Below are positions 1 to 9,607 of a stretch of DNA of 56,695 nt, piece by piece. The notes under the pieces are model-generated. The model did not search any database. It saw nothing but the letters and a program-made list of their open reading frames with translations, and was not told the origin of the DNA. The first letter of the stretch is position 1, and every line of letters begins with the position of its first letter. Origin of the DNA: Prasinococcaceae sp. CCMP 1430. Its lineage: Eukaryota > Plantae > Prasinodermophyta. Where the stretch lies: assembly GCA_013416795.1 (NCBI GenBank), contig RQSC01000005.1, forward strand, positions 6,928-63,622, read 5' to 3'. The position numbers and the translations under genes are program-made.

Positions 1-837
1 AGCCCCCCCCCCTGCGCGCCGGGCGAGCCCGCCGCCTCGGCGGCGGCGCCCGTTCCGTACACTCGGCGCCTGCCCTTCTGCGCGAGCGACGAGTCCACCC
101 GCCAGCGCAGGTTGTGGTGCAGCGCGTCGGCGACGTGCTGGCCCTCACCGAGCTCCGTGAGGAAGGCCGCCACGGCCTCGAGCGTGCAGACGCGCGTCGA
201 TCCGAGCGGACACTTGTTCTTGCGCAGCGGCGCCAGCAGCGAGCGCTCGCACAGCTTGCCCTGGATGTTGGTGTGCTGGTGGCCTTCGGTGGCCGCCGCG
301 AGCGGCAGCGCGGACAGCATGACGTGCGGGCACACCTCGGTCGTGATGTCGGAGGGGATCCGGCGCATCAGCGGCTTGGAGCGGTGCCATGTCGCGTCGA
401 TGGCCACCAGCGTGTGCAGCAGCGGCGCAGCCTCATCGTCGATGGACACGCCGTCGATCACGGGGCAGCAACCCCCGGGGTCACCGCCGGCGCCGGCGCC
501 GGCTCCGTCCTCGAAATCGCCCCCAATGGAAGTCGCCGCCGCCCCGCCGGCGTCGGCCCTCGCGACACCGCGGGCGCCGCCCTGTGCGCTCGCCGGCGGG
601 CCCTGCGGCCCCGCGCGCGCCCGCCTCCGCTCCAACCGCCTCTGCGCCATGCGCTCGCAGAACTGCCGCGCGGTGAGCGCACCCGCGTCGGGGTAGAGCA
701 CCGCCGCCCCGGGCGTCCTCAGCCTCTCCCACAGCGCCTCCTCCTGCTCGGGGATGCCCGCCACGACGACGTCGCACCCCGCGTCCCCGAGCGTCGCGTG
801 CACGGCGTGCCCCGAGTTGCAGTTCTTGCCGTACTCG
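1..837 (-). CDS. DTW-domain protein (tRNA-uridine aminocarboxypropyltransferase family), partial exon running off the window; 5' part lost at N936
   Basis: Minus-strand translation gives EYGKNCNSGHAV..AVLYP..LHTLVAIDATWHRSK..RVCTLEAVAAFL, matching the DTW family motifs (E..k..NTG, DxTW, TLEA). CAG acceptor at 838-840. No stop before base 1, so it is absent from the ORF track. Confidence 0.8.
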
Positions 838-936
838 CTGCGCGCAAGTGACCGCGGTGGCGGGGCGTAGTCCGGCCGCGCGGCCCGGACGCGGCTGTCA
901 GCGGCTCGCTCGCGGGCGCGGCGGGCGGGCGCGGGN

Positions 937-1342
937 GCATCGACAGGAAGACTGGAAAGAGAAGTGGAAGCGAGCGTTCCTGCAGAAGGATTCACCAGCC
1001 CCTCGTCAACCCCGCACGGCAGCAGCTGCCTCGGAGGCTCGCACTCGGCCGCAGCAGCTGGAACAACAGTCGCAGCGCCCCTGGCAGGACGTGTGGAAGG
1101 AGCAATGGGAGCGGCGAGGAAATGGAAGCTCGCTTCGGCGACCGCTCGCGGACAAGCCGAGCGGCCCTGCGCCGACGTCGGCGGCCACGATGGCACCAAC
1201 GCGGCGTGCGCAGCAATCCCAGTCGCCACGGCGGGTGCCCCTGCCTCGGTCACAGCGCGAGGCGGCGCCGACCTCGCGGGACATGCCACCGACACAGGGT
1301 GCGGGAACACCTCCGTGGGCGCGGGGCAGGCGCAAGCGGTGA
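937..1342 (+). CDS. 3' fragment of an unknown protein, starting right after a single-N join
   Basis: Open frame HRQEDWKEKWKRAFLQK..WQDVWKEQWERR..RRKR* begins at N936 and is followed by AT-richer, 3'UTR-like sequence. Confidence 0.4.
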
Positions 1343-1550
1343 CGACGTACGGGCATGGCTCTGTAAACTAAACTCTTGTAGTGCTTACGGTAGGACTTTG
1401 GACGGGAGATAGTTCGAGACCACGCACGCTCGGCACAAATTCATCAGCAGCGAGTACGACCCTCGCTCGGCTCGCTCATCTCAGCACGTCTCCGCCGACG
1501 GGCGGGCGGCATCATCTCTCGTTCCTGCCATTCGAGTGCGAGCGAGTACC

Positions 1551-1760
1551 CTACCAGCCGCCCCCGCCCCCGCCCCCGCCCCATGCGGGCGCGGGCTGGT
1601 GGTTGCCACCCCACCCTCCCCCGCCGTTCTGGTTGGGAGCGCCTCCGTGGTTGTTTGAGCCCCATCCGCTCCCACCGCCGCCGCCGCCCCAGGCACCACC
1701 CTGCTGACCAGCGTTGCTGTTGCCATTGCCCCATCCACCGCCGCCGCCCCCGCCGCCGCC
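1551..1760 (-). CDS. Orphan terminal exon encoding a Gly/Trp-rich (GW/WG) tail
   Basis: Translates as [65 protein letters not shown]. In-frame TGA just upstream of 1760, and no convincing 5' exon. Confidence 0.55.
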   Translation of the reverse strand, partial: GGGGGGGGGWGNGNSNAGQQGGAWGGGGGGSGWGSNNHGGAPNQNGGGGWGGNHQPAPAWGGGGGGGGW

Positions 1761-1855
1761 TCACCCCTCATCGCGCGCGCCTCGCCCCCGTCGCCCGCCC
1801 TCGCGCGCCCTCGCTCGCCCCTGACGGCCCGTCGCCCTCCGCCGCCGCCCGGCAG

Positions 1856-2041
1856 GACCTGTTCAAGGACGCGGGCAACGTGCAGCGCGCCGACGTGATC
1901 TACGGCGACGACAGTCGCTCCAAGGGCTTCGGCACCGTGTGCTTCACCACAAAGGAGGAGGCGGAGGCCGCCATCGAGCGGTTCCACGAGACCGAGGTCG
2001 AGGGGCGCAAGATCTCGGTCCGCATCGACCAGTACGCCTGA
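1856..2041 (+). CDS. Terminal exon of an RRM RNA-binding protein (GBP1/GBP2/hnRNP-M-like C-terminal RRM)
   Basis: DLFKDAGNVQRADVIYGDDSRSKGFGTVCFTTKEEAEAAIERFHETEVEGRKISVRIDQYA* contains RNP1 (KGFGTVCF). Preceded by a CTGAC branch-like motif and a CAG acceptor. Confidence 0.85.
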   Translation, partial: DLFKDAGNVQRADVIYGDDSRSKGFGTVCFTTKEEAEAAIERFHETEVEGRKISVRIDQYA

Positions 2042-2124
2042 GCGGCCGCCGAGGGGCCGTCGCCCCGATCGCCGCGCGGCGCGAGCGGCCGCAGGCGCTG
2101 GCCGCTGGCGTTGACGCGGGCGCG

Positions 2125-2338
2125 NNNNNNNNNNNNNNNNNNNNNNNNNNNNNNNNNNNNNNNNNNNNNNNNNNNNNNNNNNNNNNNNNNNNNNNNNNNN
2201 NNNNNNNNNNNNNNNNNNNNNNNNNNNNNNNNNNNNNNNNNNNNNNNNNNNNNNNNNNNNNNNNNNNNNNNNNNNNNNNNNNNNNNNNNNNNNNNNNNNN
2301 NNNNNNNNNNNNNNNNNNNNNNNNNNNNNNNNNNNNNN
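2125..2338. other. Assembly gap (214 N); a second gap of 214 N lies at 18517-18730; single Ns at 936, 4206, 9607, 14072 and 16568
   Basis: Both N blocks have the same length, which suggests a placeholder size. Genes break at several of the single Ns. Confidence 0.95.
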
Positions 2339-2560
2339 GCCGCCGCCGCGCCACGCGCGCGCGCGCGCCGTCCCCCCCCCGCGCGCCGTTTTTCTCCTTC
2401 GATTTCGGTTGCGTCTTTCCCGCCAGGCGCGCGCGCACGCGCGCGCCAAACCACATCAAAAACGAAGGGACGTGCGAGGATCCACAGACCCTCATCACCG
2501 CCCGCCCCCAAACCGAGCTTCCCCCCCCGCGGGGCGCGTCGCTCGCACATCAGTTTCACC

Positions 2561-2653
2561 GCGAGCTCGCGGCTCGCACATCAATTCGATTGGGGGGCTG
2601 CGGCGCAACGCGAGCTCGCGGCTCGCACATCAATTCGAAGGGGGGCTGCGGCG
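2561..2653. repeat. Two-copy direct repeat, period 49 nt
   Basis: gcgagctcgcggctcgcacatcaattcga is identical at 2561-2589 and 2610-2638, each followed by gggggctgcggcg. A partial third copy (gctcgcacatca) lies at 2541. Confidence 0.9.
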
Positions 2654-3117
2654 GGCGGCCGCGGCGCGGCGGAAGGCTCCTCGCGGTGGGCGGCGTTTGA
2701 GGTCATGCGTATGCATTTGAGTGTCCAAAGGTTTGGAAAGGCCTTTGAGTGCCGCCATATGCAAGTGAGCTCGTCGGTTTAGAGGCCATCTCGGTGCATG
2801 GCATGGCCCGGCGGAGTGTTGGAAGACGGGGCCCTCCGTGCCAAGGCATATGAGCCCTCTTGAGGCCGAAGTCATGCCCGAAAGCATGTGATATCACGCC
2901 GTTGCCGTACATGGACTTCAGCCATGCCATCCTTTGGTCATCATCATCTGATATGGCAGCGCCATGTTCGGCCTTTGCTGTCGTGTGAATTGGCATGTCC
3001 GCCGACGTTGTGAGTGTGAAAGCACCTCCAACTGTCAAGGCCTTTGCGCATGTCCATATGGGCTCGCCCCCGCGTGTGATGTAGACGTTGCAAGTGTCCC
3101 GCGAGAGCTCATGTTCC

Positions 3118-4104
3118 ATGGCGCGCTCCTCCTTCGTCCACTTGGTGCGCGCGTCGCGGCGGCGGGAGGGCGCGCTCGCCTTCGCGGCGGCGCTCGCGCT
3201 CGTCGGGCCGTGGTCCGCGGCGCCCGACGCCATCGCCGCCTCCGCCCCGCTCGGCGAGCTCGCGTCGCTCGGCGACACCATGTTCGCCCTCGGCCAGTCC
3301 GCGGACGAGCTCGTGGCGGAGCAGCTGACGTCCCTCAGCCCGCAGTCGCTGCTCGTGATCTTCGGCGCGGGTCTGCTCACCTCGCTGTCGCCGTGCACCC
3401 TCAGCGTGCTGCCGCTCACACTGGGGTACATAGGCGGGTACGACTCCGTGGACAGCGGCGACAGCGGGGGCAGGCGCGAGGAGGGCGAGGGCGAGGGCGA
3501 GGGCGAGGGTGAGGGTGAGGAGGGCGGCGCGGGCGCGCTGCGGACTGAGCGGCGCCCGTTCGCGAGCAGTCCGCTGGCGCGCGCGTCGTGCTTCGCGCTG
3601 GGGCTCGCGACCACGCTGGCCGCGCTCGGGGTGGCCTCGTCGCTGCTTGGGCGCGCGTACGGCACCGTCGGCGAGGGCCTGCCGGTGGTGGTCAGCGGCG
3701 TGGCGGTCCTGATGGGCCTCAACCTGCTCGAGCTGCTGCCGCTGCAATTGCCCGACCTCACCGGCGGCCTGGACGTGCGCGGCGCGGGCGGCCGCGAGGT
3801 GCCGCCCGCGTTCACCGCCTACCTCGCGGGCCTGGTGTTCGCGCTCGCGGCGTCGCCGTGCAGCACGCCGGTGCTCGCCACGCTGCTGGGCTTCGTGTCC
3901 ACCACGCGAGACCCGCTGGTTGGCGGCGCGCTGCTGCTGTCGTACACGATGGGCTACGTCTTCCCGGTGCTGCTCGCCGCGTCGGGCACGGGGGCGCTCA
4001 AGCGCGTGCTGGCGGTCCGCGAGTACAGCGGCTGGATAACGCCAGCGAGCGGCTGCCTGCTGCTCACGGGGGGGACGTACGGCATGCTCAGCCGCCTCTT
4101 CTGA
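3118..4104 (+). CDS. CCDA: Plastid cytochrome c biogenesis protein CcdA (DsbD transmembrane domain)
   Basis: GLLTSLSPCTLSVLPLT and ALAASPCSTPVLATLL carry the two conserved Cys of CcdA. Multiple TM segments and a transit-peptide-like N-terminus. Confidence 0.92.
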   Translation: MARSSFVHLVRASRRREGALAFAAALALVGPWSAAPDAIAASAPLGELASLGDTMFALGQSADELVAEQLTSLSPQSLLVIFGAGLLTSLSPCTLSVLPLTLGYIGGYDSVDSGDSGGRREEGEGEGEGEGEGEEGGAGALRTERRPFASSPLARASCFALGLATTLAALGVASSLLGRAYGTVGEGLPVVVSGVAVLMGLNLLELLPLQLPDLTGGLDVRGAGGREVPPAFTAYLAGLVFALAASPCSTPVLATLLGFVSTTRDPLVGGALLLSYTMGYVFPVLLAASGTGALKRVLAVREYSGWITPASGCLLLTGGTYGMLSRLF

Positions 4105-4206
4105 GCGGGCGGCCCCGGCCGGGCGTGGGAGGAGCGCGCGGAGGGAGGAGGAGCGGCCCAGGCGACGCGCGCGTGCGCGCGGCGAGCGCGGCGAGCGAAC
4201 GGCGCN

Positions 4207-5705
4207 ATCGTGCTCAGCCGCGAGGAGATTGGCATGATCCAGCGCATACGCAAGGGCGCCATGCCGCACGCCGAGGTCGACCCCTACCCTGAATGGGAGG
4301 ACACGTTCCACTACGAAGGCGGGCCGCTGTCAAGCGCGCCGGAGCCGAAACGGCGCTTCATCCCGTCCAAGTGGGAGGCGCAGAAGGTCGTCAAGCTCGT
4401 GCGCGCGCTTCGCCACGGCTGGATCAAGAATGAGAAGAAGGAGGCGGAGAAGCCGCGCGGACCTTACCTCATCTGGGACGAGGGCGGCGACGAGGAGACC
4501 ACGCGGGCAGCGAACGGTATGCGGCGCGCGCGCGCGCCTGCGAGCGCGCCCTTTTGCGTTGCGCGGCACCAGCCCCAGCCGCCCATCGCTTCTGCCTCTC
4601 CTCCTCGCTCGATTTCGTGCGCGCTCTGTTGCGGGGGCGCACCTGCGCGGGCTCTTTGGCGGGGCGCGCGCGCGCGCGCATGCCTTTCGGACAGTGAGTG
4701 TAAGTGGCCGGGCAGCCGCAGTGGCCCGCTCGTGCGGCGGGGGTCTTCCCTGCCGCCGCCATTAAGGGATCTGTCAAAGAGAATACCGCGTTGTCATGGT
4801 GCATCTGGCATGCGTCCTCGCGGCCCTCATCAAGAGGACTGTGCTGGGCGAGCACCGGCCAGGGGCCTCCAATTATCGCGACATCTTATGCTGCTGGCGC
4901 GTGCAACACCCTCGCCGCCGCCGTCGAGCCCATGTGCCGGCGCGCTGACCCTGACAATGCCCGCGACTGCTCGCGCGAACCGTCTGCAGGCCTCGCGTAC
5001 ATCCCAGCTCCAAAGGCCAAGCTCCCCGGGCACGAGGAGAGCTACAATCCGCCGGACGAGTATCTGCCCACCGAGGAGGAGCGCGCGGCGCTGCAGCTCG
5101 TCGACGATGACGATCGCCCAGACTACGTGCCGCAGCGCTTCGGCTCGCTCCGCCATGTGCCCGCGTACGGCCAATTCATCCACGAACGCTTCGAGCGCTG
5201 CCTGGACCTTTACCTATGCCACCGGAAGCGCAAGTCCAGGATTCACATGGACCCGAAGGACCTGCTCCCAAAGCTTCCCAAGCCACGCGAGCTGCGCCCT
5301 TTTCCGTGCCAGAGCGGCATGGTGTACGAGGGGCACGCGGCGCCAGTGTCCGCGCTCGGCGCGGACTCCACGGGCCAATGGCTAGCGTCGTGCGACCGTG
5401 CGGGCGTGGTGCGGGTGTTCGAGGTGTCCACCGCGCGCTGCGTGCACGCGTGGAGGCTGGCCACAGTGGATGCATTCAGCGACGTCTGCACGTGCCTCGC
5501 GTGGAACCCTCGGCTGCCCGTGCTGGCCGTCGGCGTGGGCGCGAGCGTCTTCCTGCTGGCCACCGAAACGGGTCCCGCAGAGGCTCGCGCAGAGGCTGCG
5601 GAGCTGCTGGGGGCGGGCGATGGCGGGGCTGACGAGGACGCCGGAGGTGAGAAGGGTGGCCTTTGTAGCTGGGAAGAGGGTCTCCCCGACGGACCGGCGC
5701 AGATC
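4207..5705 (+). CDS. BOP1: Ribosome biogenesis protein BOP1/ERB1, partial (exons about 4207-4516 and 4990 to about 5705)
   Basis: LSREEIGMIQRIRKG, PEPKRRFIPSKWE, IPAPKAKLPGHEESYNPPDEYL, ERFERCLDLYLCHR, LPKLPKPRELRPFP, then the first WD40 repeats. GT-AG intron 4517-4989. 5' end lost at N4206; C-terminal WD40 repeats missing. Confidence 0.93.
4686..4886 (+). ncRNA. Candidate intronic box H/ACA snoRNA in the BOP1 intron
   Basis: gacag(4690-4694)/ctgtc(4771-4775) closes hairpin 1 directly before an ANANNA H box (AGAGAA, 4778-4783). A second foldback closed by cgcg/cgcg ends just before ACA (4881-4883) plus tct. Complex, non-(GC)n sequence inside an otherwise low-complexity intron. Confidence 0.5.
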
Positions 5706-5848
5706 CCCCTGCGCGGCGCGCGCGCGCGCGCGCGCCCGCGCCACCTCCCAGCAGCGAGTGTACAACGTTGCATTACTGCGCGCTCGTGCGCTCTCGAGCG
5801 CCGCGCCGCGCGCCTCACACCCGCGCGCGTCCCCGCCGCGCCCGCCCT

Positions 5849-6586
5849 CTAGGAGACGGAGTCAATGAGGCTCGCGCGCATGTCGGTGACGATGGCGCTC
5901 GGCTGCGCGTTGCGGAGCTTGAGCACCGACTCGATGACGGAGAGCTCGGGCGACGTCGTGTCGGCGCCGCAGAACGCGCACCAGTCGTTGGCGACGAGGC
6001 CCGTGCCGACGACGTCCGAGCCGCGGTTGACCGTGCCCGCCACCAGCGGCACCTGCAGCAGGCTCGACAGCTCGTCGAGGTCCTCCACCGACGTGCGGGG
6101 GTGGCAGATGCCACCCTGATTTGTGAAGCGGATGTACGAGCCGACGACGACGTTGTCGGCAACCGTCTGGCGGAAGACCTCCACGCCCAGCACGTCCGCG
6201 AGGAGCTCCTCGGTGTCGCGGTCGAGGTCGGGGTGCACCAGCGACACGTAGTCGTTGCACGCCACGCAGTTGCCCAGCGCGTTGAGCTTCTCCTCGACGC
6301 GCTGCACGACCACCGAGTCGGGCAGCGAGTTGCGCACGTGCAGCAGCTCCTGGTCGGTGGTGGTGTGCGGCATGAGCAGGCCGTTCTTGTTTCCCACGCA
6401 CAGGCGCCCCGCCAGCCTGGTGCCAGCCACCGACACCTTGCACACCGGGATGTGCTCCGCGAGCTCCGACTCGTACGCCGCGTAGAAGTTCTCGCTGCCG
6501 CCGTGCGCGACCAGGCAGTACGCGTTCGTCAGCAGGCTAAACACGCCGATGTCGCTGTTGTTCTCGAACTGCAGGCGGGTCGCCAT
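5849..6586 (-). CDS. EIF6: Eukaryotic translation initiation factor 6
   Basis: [65 protein letters not shown]; full length (245 aa), intronless. Confidence 0.98.
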   Translation of the reverse strand: MATRLQFENNSDIGVFSLLTNAYCLVAHGGSENFYAAYESELAEHIPVCKVSVAGTRLAGRLCVGNKNGLLMPHTTTDQELLHVRNSLPDSVVVQRVEEKLNALGNCVACNDYVSLVHPDLDRDTEELLADVLGVEVFRQTVADNVVVGSYIRFTNQGGICHPRTSVEDLDELSSLLQVPLVAGTVNRGSDVVGTGLVANDWCAFCGADTTSPELSVIESVLKLRNAQPSAIVTDMRASLIDSVS

Positions 6587-6660
6587 GGCGGTCCGGCGCT
6601 CGCTCCCTGGCTGGTCTCTCCTCCTCTCCGCCCTCTGGCTCCTCCTTGAAGAGGGAGGGA

Positions 6661-6697
<37 letters not shown>

Positions 6698-7581
6698 GAA
6701 AGAGGGAGAGAAAGAGGAGGGGCGCGCGCGCCTCGCCTCGCGCGCTGCCCGCCGCGGCCGGTCCCTTCCGCCGCCTTGGACGCGCCCTCGCTCTCCCCAC
6801 GCGCCGCCCGCTCTCTCGCCGCACAGCCCTCGTGCGCGCTCACGCGCCTAATGTTTGGCGCGCTCCCCCGCCCCCGCCTGCCCCCCTTCCCCCCACCCAC
6901 TGCGCACTCCCGCGCTCGCCGAGCCGCCGCCGCGCTTTTGCCCACGGCGCGCGCGCGGCAGCCGCCGGCGCCGCCCGCCGAACCACACGCTACGCCTCGC
7001 GGCGCGCGAGCCGCGGAGATCCAATGCGTTTTGATGTTTGCATTTTCGCCACTCCGCGCGCCGAAATGCGCCTCTGCAAAACAGCCCGGCGGCTGCCCGC
7101 GGCGGCCACCCCGCACATCACATCACGCCTGGCCGGACGGGCTGCCGGCGCTCAGCCATCGCGGCGGACGTCACCACTGAGGAACGGATGGGCGCAGCGG
7201 CCCCCGGGCGCGCCAAAGGGGGCGGCGCCCGCGCGCGCGAAAGGGCCCGCGGATGGGACGCCCCGCCACCTCTGCCGCCGCCGCGGAAGGCCAGCCAGCC
7301 AGCCAGCCGATTGGTTGAGAAACCACCAACCCAAAAAGGCTGCGTCACATCCAACTTTTCAACCAAGGCCCAACCGACGGACGCGCGTGCACAAAGAAAG
7401 GAGCTGTTTGGTTACTTACAGTACTTATGCTATGGCTCTTCTTGCTACGTACATACATACATCTTATGATACGGGCTCGGTCGGTGCCCTCTTCCATCAC
7501 ACTCCGCCAGCAGGGTGTGGGATGGCCTCGCCGCGCCGCCGCCTCCCCCTCGCTTCCCGTCGAGCGCTCGGGCAAGCCGCC

Positions 7582-9135
7582 TCACGCGAACGCCACCAGG
7601 TCGGCGGGCGGCATGCGCACGCACGCGCCGCGCAGGCCGACGAACGAGCAATCGATGTTGGGCTCCGGGTGGTTGTCGTTGAAGACCTCCATCAGGTTCT
7701 CGCTGTCGATGAGCTTCACGCACAGCGCCGAGCCGACGTGCACGCGCGCGAGGTCCACCGCCAGCGTGTCGGTGTCCGCGCTCGCGCTGTCGGCGCACCC
7801 CGCGCGCCTGCCGTCCTTCTTGGGCGAGAAACGGAACCACGCCACCGGGTAGAGCTCGTCCGGCCTGCGCTGCGCGGGGGGCGCGAAGTCCACGACGTCG
7901 CCGTACGCGAGCGTGTGCACCTTGGCGACGGGCGGCAGCGCGCTCCCGGGCGCCGCCGCAGCGCGCACCACGGCGGACACGCTGGTGAGGCCCTTGAGCG
8001 CCGCGCACGCGGGGCTCCTGCCGCACCTCTTCGGCTGGAAGTGCGCCCGCCCGGCGCCCGCGGGCGGCGAGCTGCCGGACGGCGCCCCCCACGCCTGCGC
8101 CTCGGCGCCCGGCTCCTCGTCCGCGCCCGCGCCGGGGCACGCCATGAGCACCGTGCCCGTGCGCACGGGGCACGAGAACTGGCCCTTGCGGCTGACCACG
8201 AGGCGATCGGCGAGCGCGAGCAGGGAGCCCTGCTGCCCCGCGCCGGCGCTGTCCACGCTGTTGCCGCGAGACGGCGGCAGCGACGCCGCCAGCGCGCCCG
8301 GCAGAGGGAAGGAAAATCCCTTGAGCGCGGCCGCGCCGGCGTCGCCCGCGCCGGCGTCGCCCGCGACGGCTCCCGCGCCCGCACCCCAGAGGTCGGCGAG
8401 CGCCTCGGGCACGGAGACGGTGTTGTGGTCCGCCGCGTCGTACTCGAGCTCCTCGCCCTTGGTGCTGTTGGCGCGCTCGATGTCCTCGACCGCCTGGCGC
8501 ACCCTCTCGACCTCCTCGTTCCTGCGCGCGCCGCGGAGCCCTTGGAAGAGCAGCTGGCCGAAGGGGAAGCCCTGCCGGTACACGCCCCACAGCTCGAGCA
8601 GCAGGGTCTCCATCTCGGCCATGCTCCACAGGTCGAGGCTCTCCGCGGGCGCCGCGCCCGGGCCGCCGTTGGCGCCGGCGTTGGCGCCGGCGTTGCCGTC
8701 GACCCCGAAGAGCACGCGCACGGGCAGGCGCAGCCGCTCCAGCAGGAAGCGCCGGCGCCGCGCGGCCGCGCTGTCCACGGCGGCGTGTCCCGGCTCGAGG
8801 CGTGCCACGCAGTGCACGTCCGTGGGGCGCACCGAGCAGTACGAGTCCCACTCGCTCGGGGTGAACATGTTGTTGATCCAGTACCGCCGGTCGTCGTTGT
8901 CCACGCCGCCGTCCGTGCACACGCCCCGCCAGCGCAGGAAGGGCGACGAGGGCTCGAAGGACGCCTCGGCGGCGTCGCCGTCGCCTTCGCCTCCGCCGCC
9001 GCCCGCCGCGAGCTCCGCCTCGCCCGCGTAGAGCGCCTTGAACGCCTCCAGGACGGGCGCGACCTCGTCGCGGCCCGGATGCGCCGGGCGGCCGACGAGG
9101 TCCGAGCACGCCGCGGCGGCCTTGGCGGCGACCAT
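7582..9135 (-). CDS. Hypothetical protein, about 517 aa (the frame stays open to 9303)
   Basis: Long ORF with strong G/C-ending codon bias and globular-looking blocks (CTDGGVDNDDRRYWINNMF..YCS; FSCPVRTGTVL; YPVAWFRF; DNHPEPNIDCSFVGLRG). Family not recognised. Confidence 0.75.
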   Translation of the reverse strand: MVAAKAAAACSDLVGRPAHPGRDEVAPVLEAFKALYAGEAELAAGGGGGEGDGDAAEASFEPSSPFLRWRGVCTDGGVDNDDRRYWINNMFTPSEWDSYCSVRPTDVHCVARLEPGHAAVDSAAARRRRFLLERLRLPVRVLFGVDGNAGANAGANGGPGAAPAESLDLWSMAEMETLLLELWGVYRQGFPFGQLLFQGLRGARRNEEVERVRQAVEDIERANSTKGEELEYDAADHNTVSVPEALADLWGAGAGAVAGDAGAGDAGAAALKGFSFPLPGALAASLPPSRGNSVDSAGAGQQGSLLALADRLVVSRKGQFSCPVRTGTVLMACPGAGADEEPGAEAQAWGAPSGSSPPAGAGRAHFQPKRCGRSPACAALKGLTSVSAVVRAAAAPGSALPPVAKVHTLAYGDVVDFAPPAQRRPDELYPVAWFRFSPKKDGRRAGCADSASADTDTLAVDLARVHVGSALCVKLIDSENLMEVFNDNHPEPNIDCSFVGLRGACVRMPPADLVAFA

Positions 9136-9607
9136 GGCCACCTGCGAGCGCAGCAGCGAGGGCAGCGAGTACGCGGATCGCCCGCGGCCGCTGCCGCGCT
9201 GCCGTGCAAGCGGCGCGGGCTGCTGCTGCCTGTCATCGAGGCTGGCGCCGTGAGCGCAGCCGCGGCGCCCACCTCCCCGTCTGGCCCGGGCGGGCCTCGG
9301 CACAGCTGACTGACTGAGGCGCCGCTGCCGGCGGACAGCGGGCGTGGCCGGGTCGTCCGTCGCGTGATGATGGTTGGCATCCTTTGTTTTGTCATATCAA
9401 AATGAAAGGAGGTGCGGCCGTGGCCCCGCGGGGTCCGCGACTTCCCGCGAAAGCTGCCATGAAGTTGCGCGGAAGGACGCACGCGCGGGGACGCAGGCCT
9501 GACAGGACAAAACCGAGGACGAATGTCGCTCTCCCGTGGGTACTGCGCGCGATCGCGTCGCGGCGCCCGTCGGATGCGCTCCGGGGTCCGCCGGCGGCGC
9601 CGCGCGN

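Noticed and set aside
112-851. Plus-strand ORFs of 194 and 245 aa
   Set aside because: Antisense shadows of the minus-strand DTW exon. Many long ORFs in the track are similar high-GC shadows (e.g. 6646-9309 +, 22527-23966 -, 48424-50055 +, 54039-55730 -).
6652-6696. Long G-rich/poly-G tract upstream of eIF6
   Set aside because: A simple homopolymer common in this assembly. G-quadruplex potential is unspecific and the length is unreliable.
9364-9503. GTGATGA plus an AT-rich hairpin (cctttgttttg/caaaatgaaagg) and a distant CTGA, suggesting a C/D snoRNA
   Set aside because: No terminal stem or plausible D'/C' boxes; the region fits a divergent promoter or 5'UTR.
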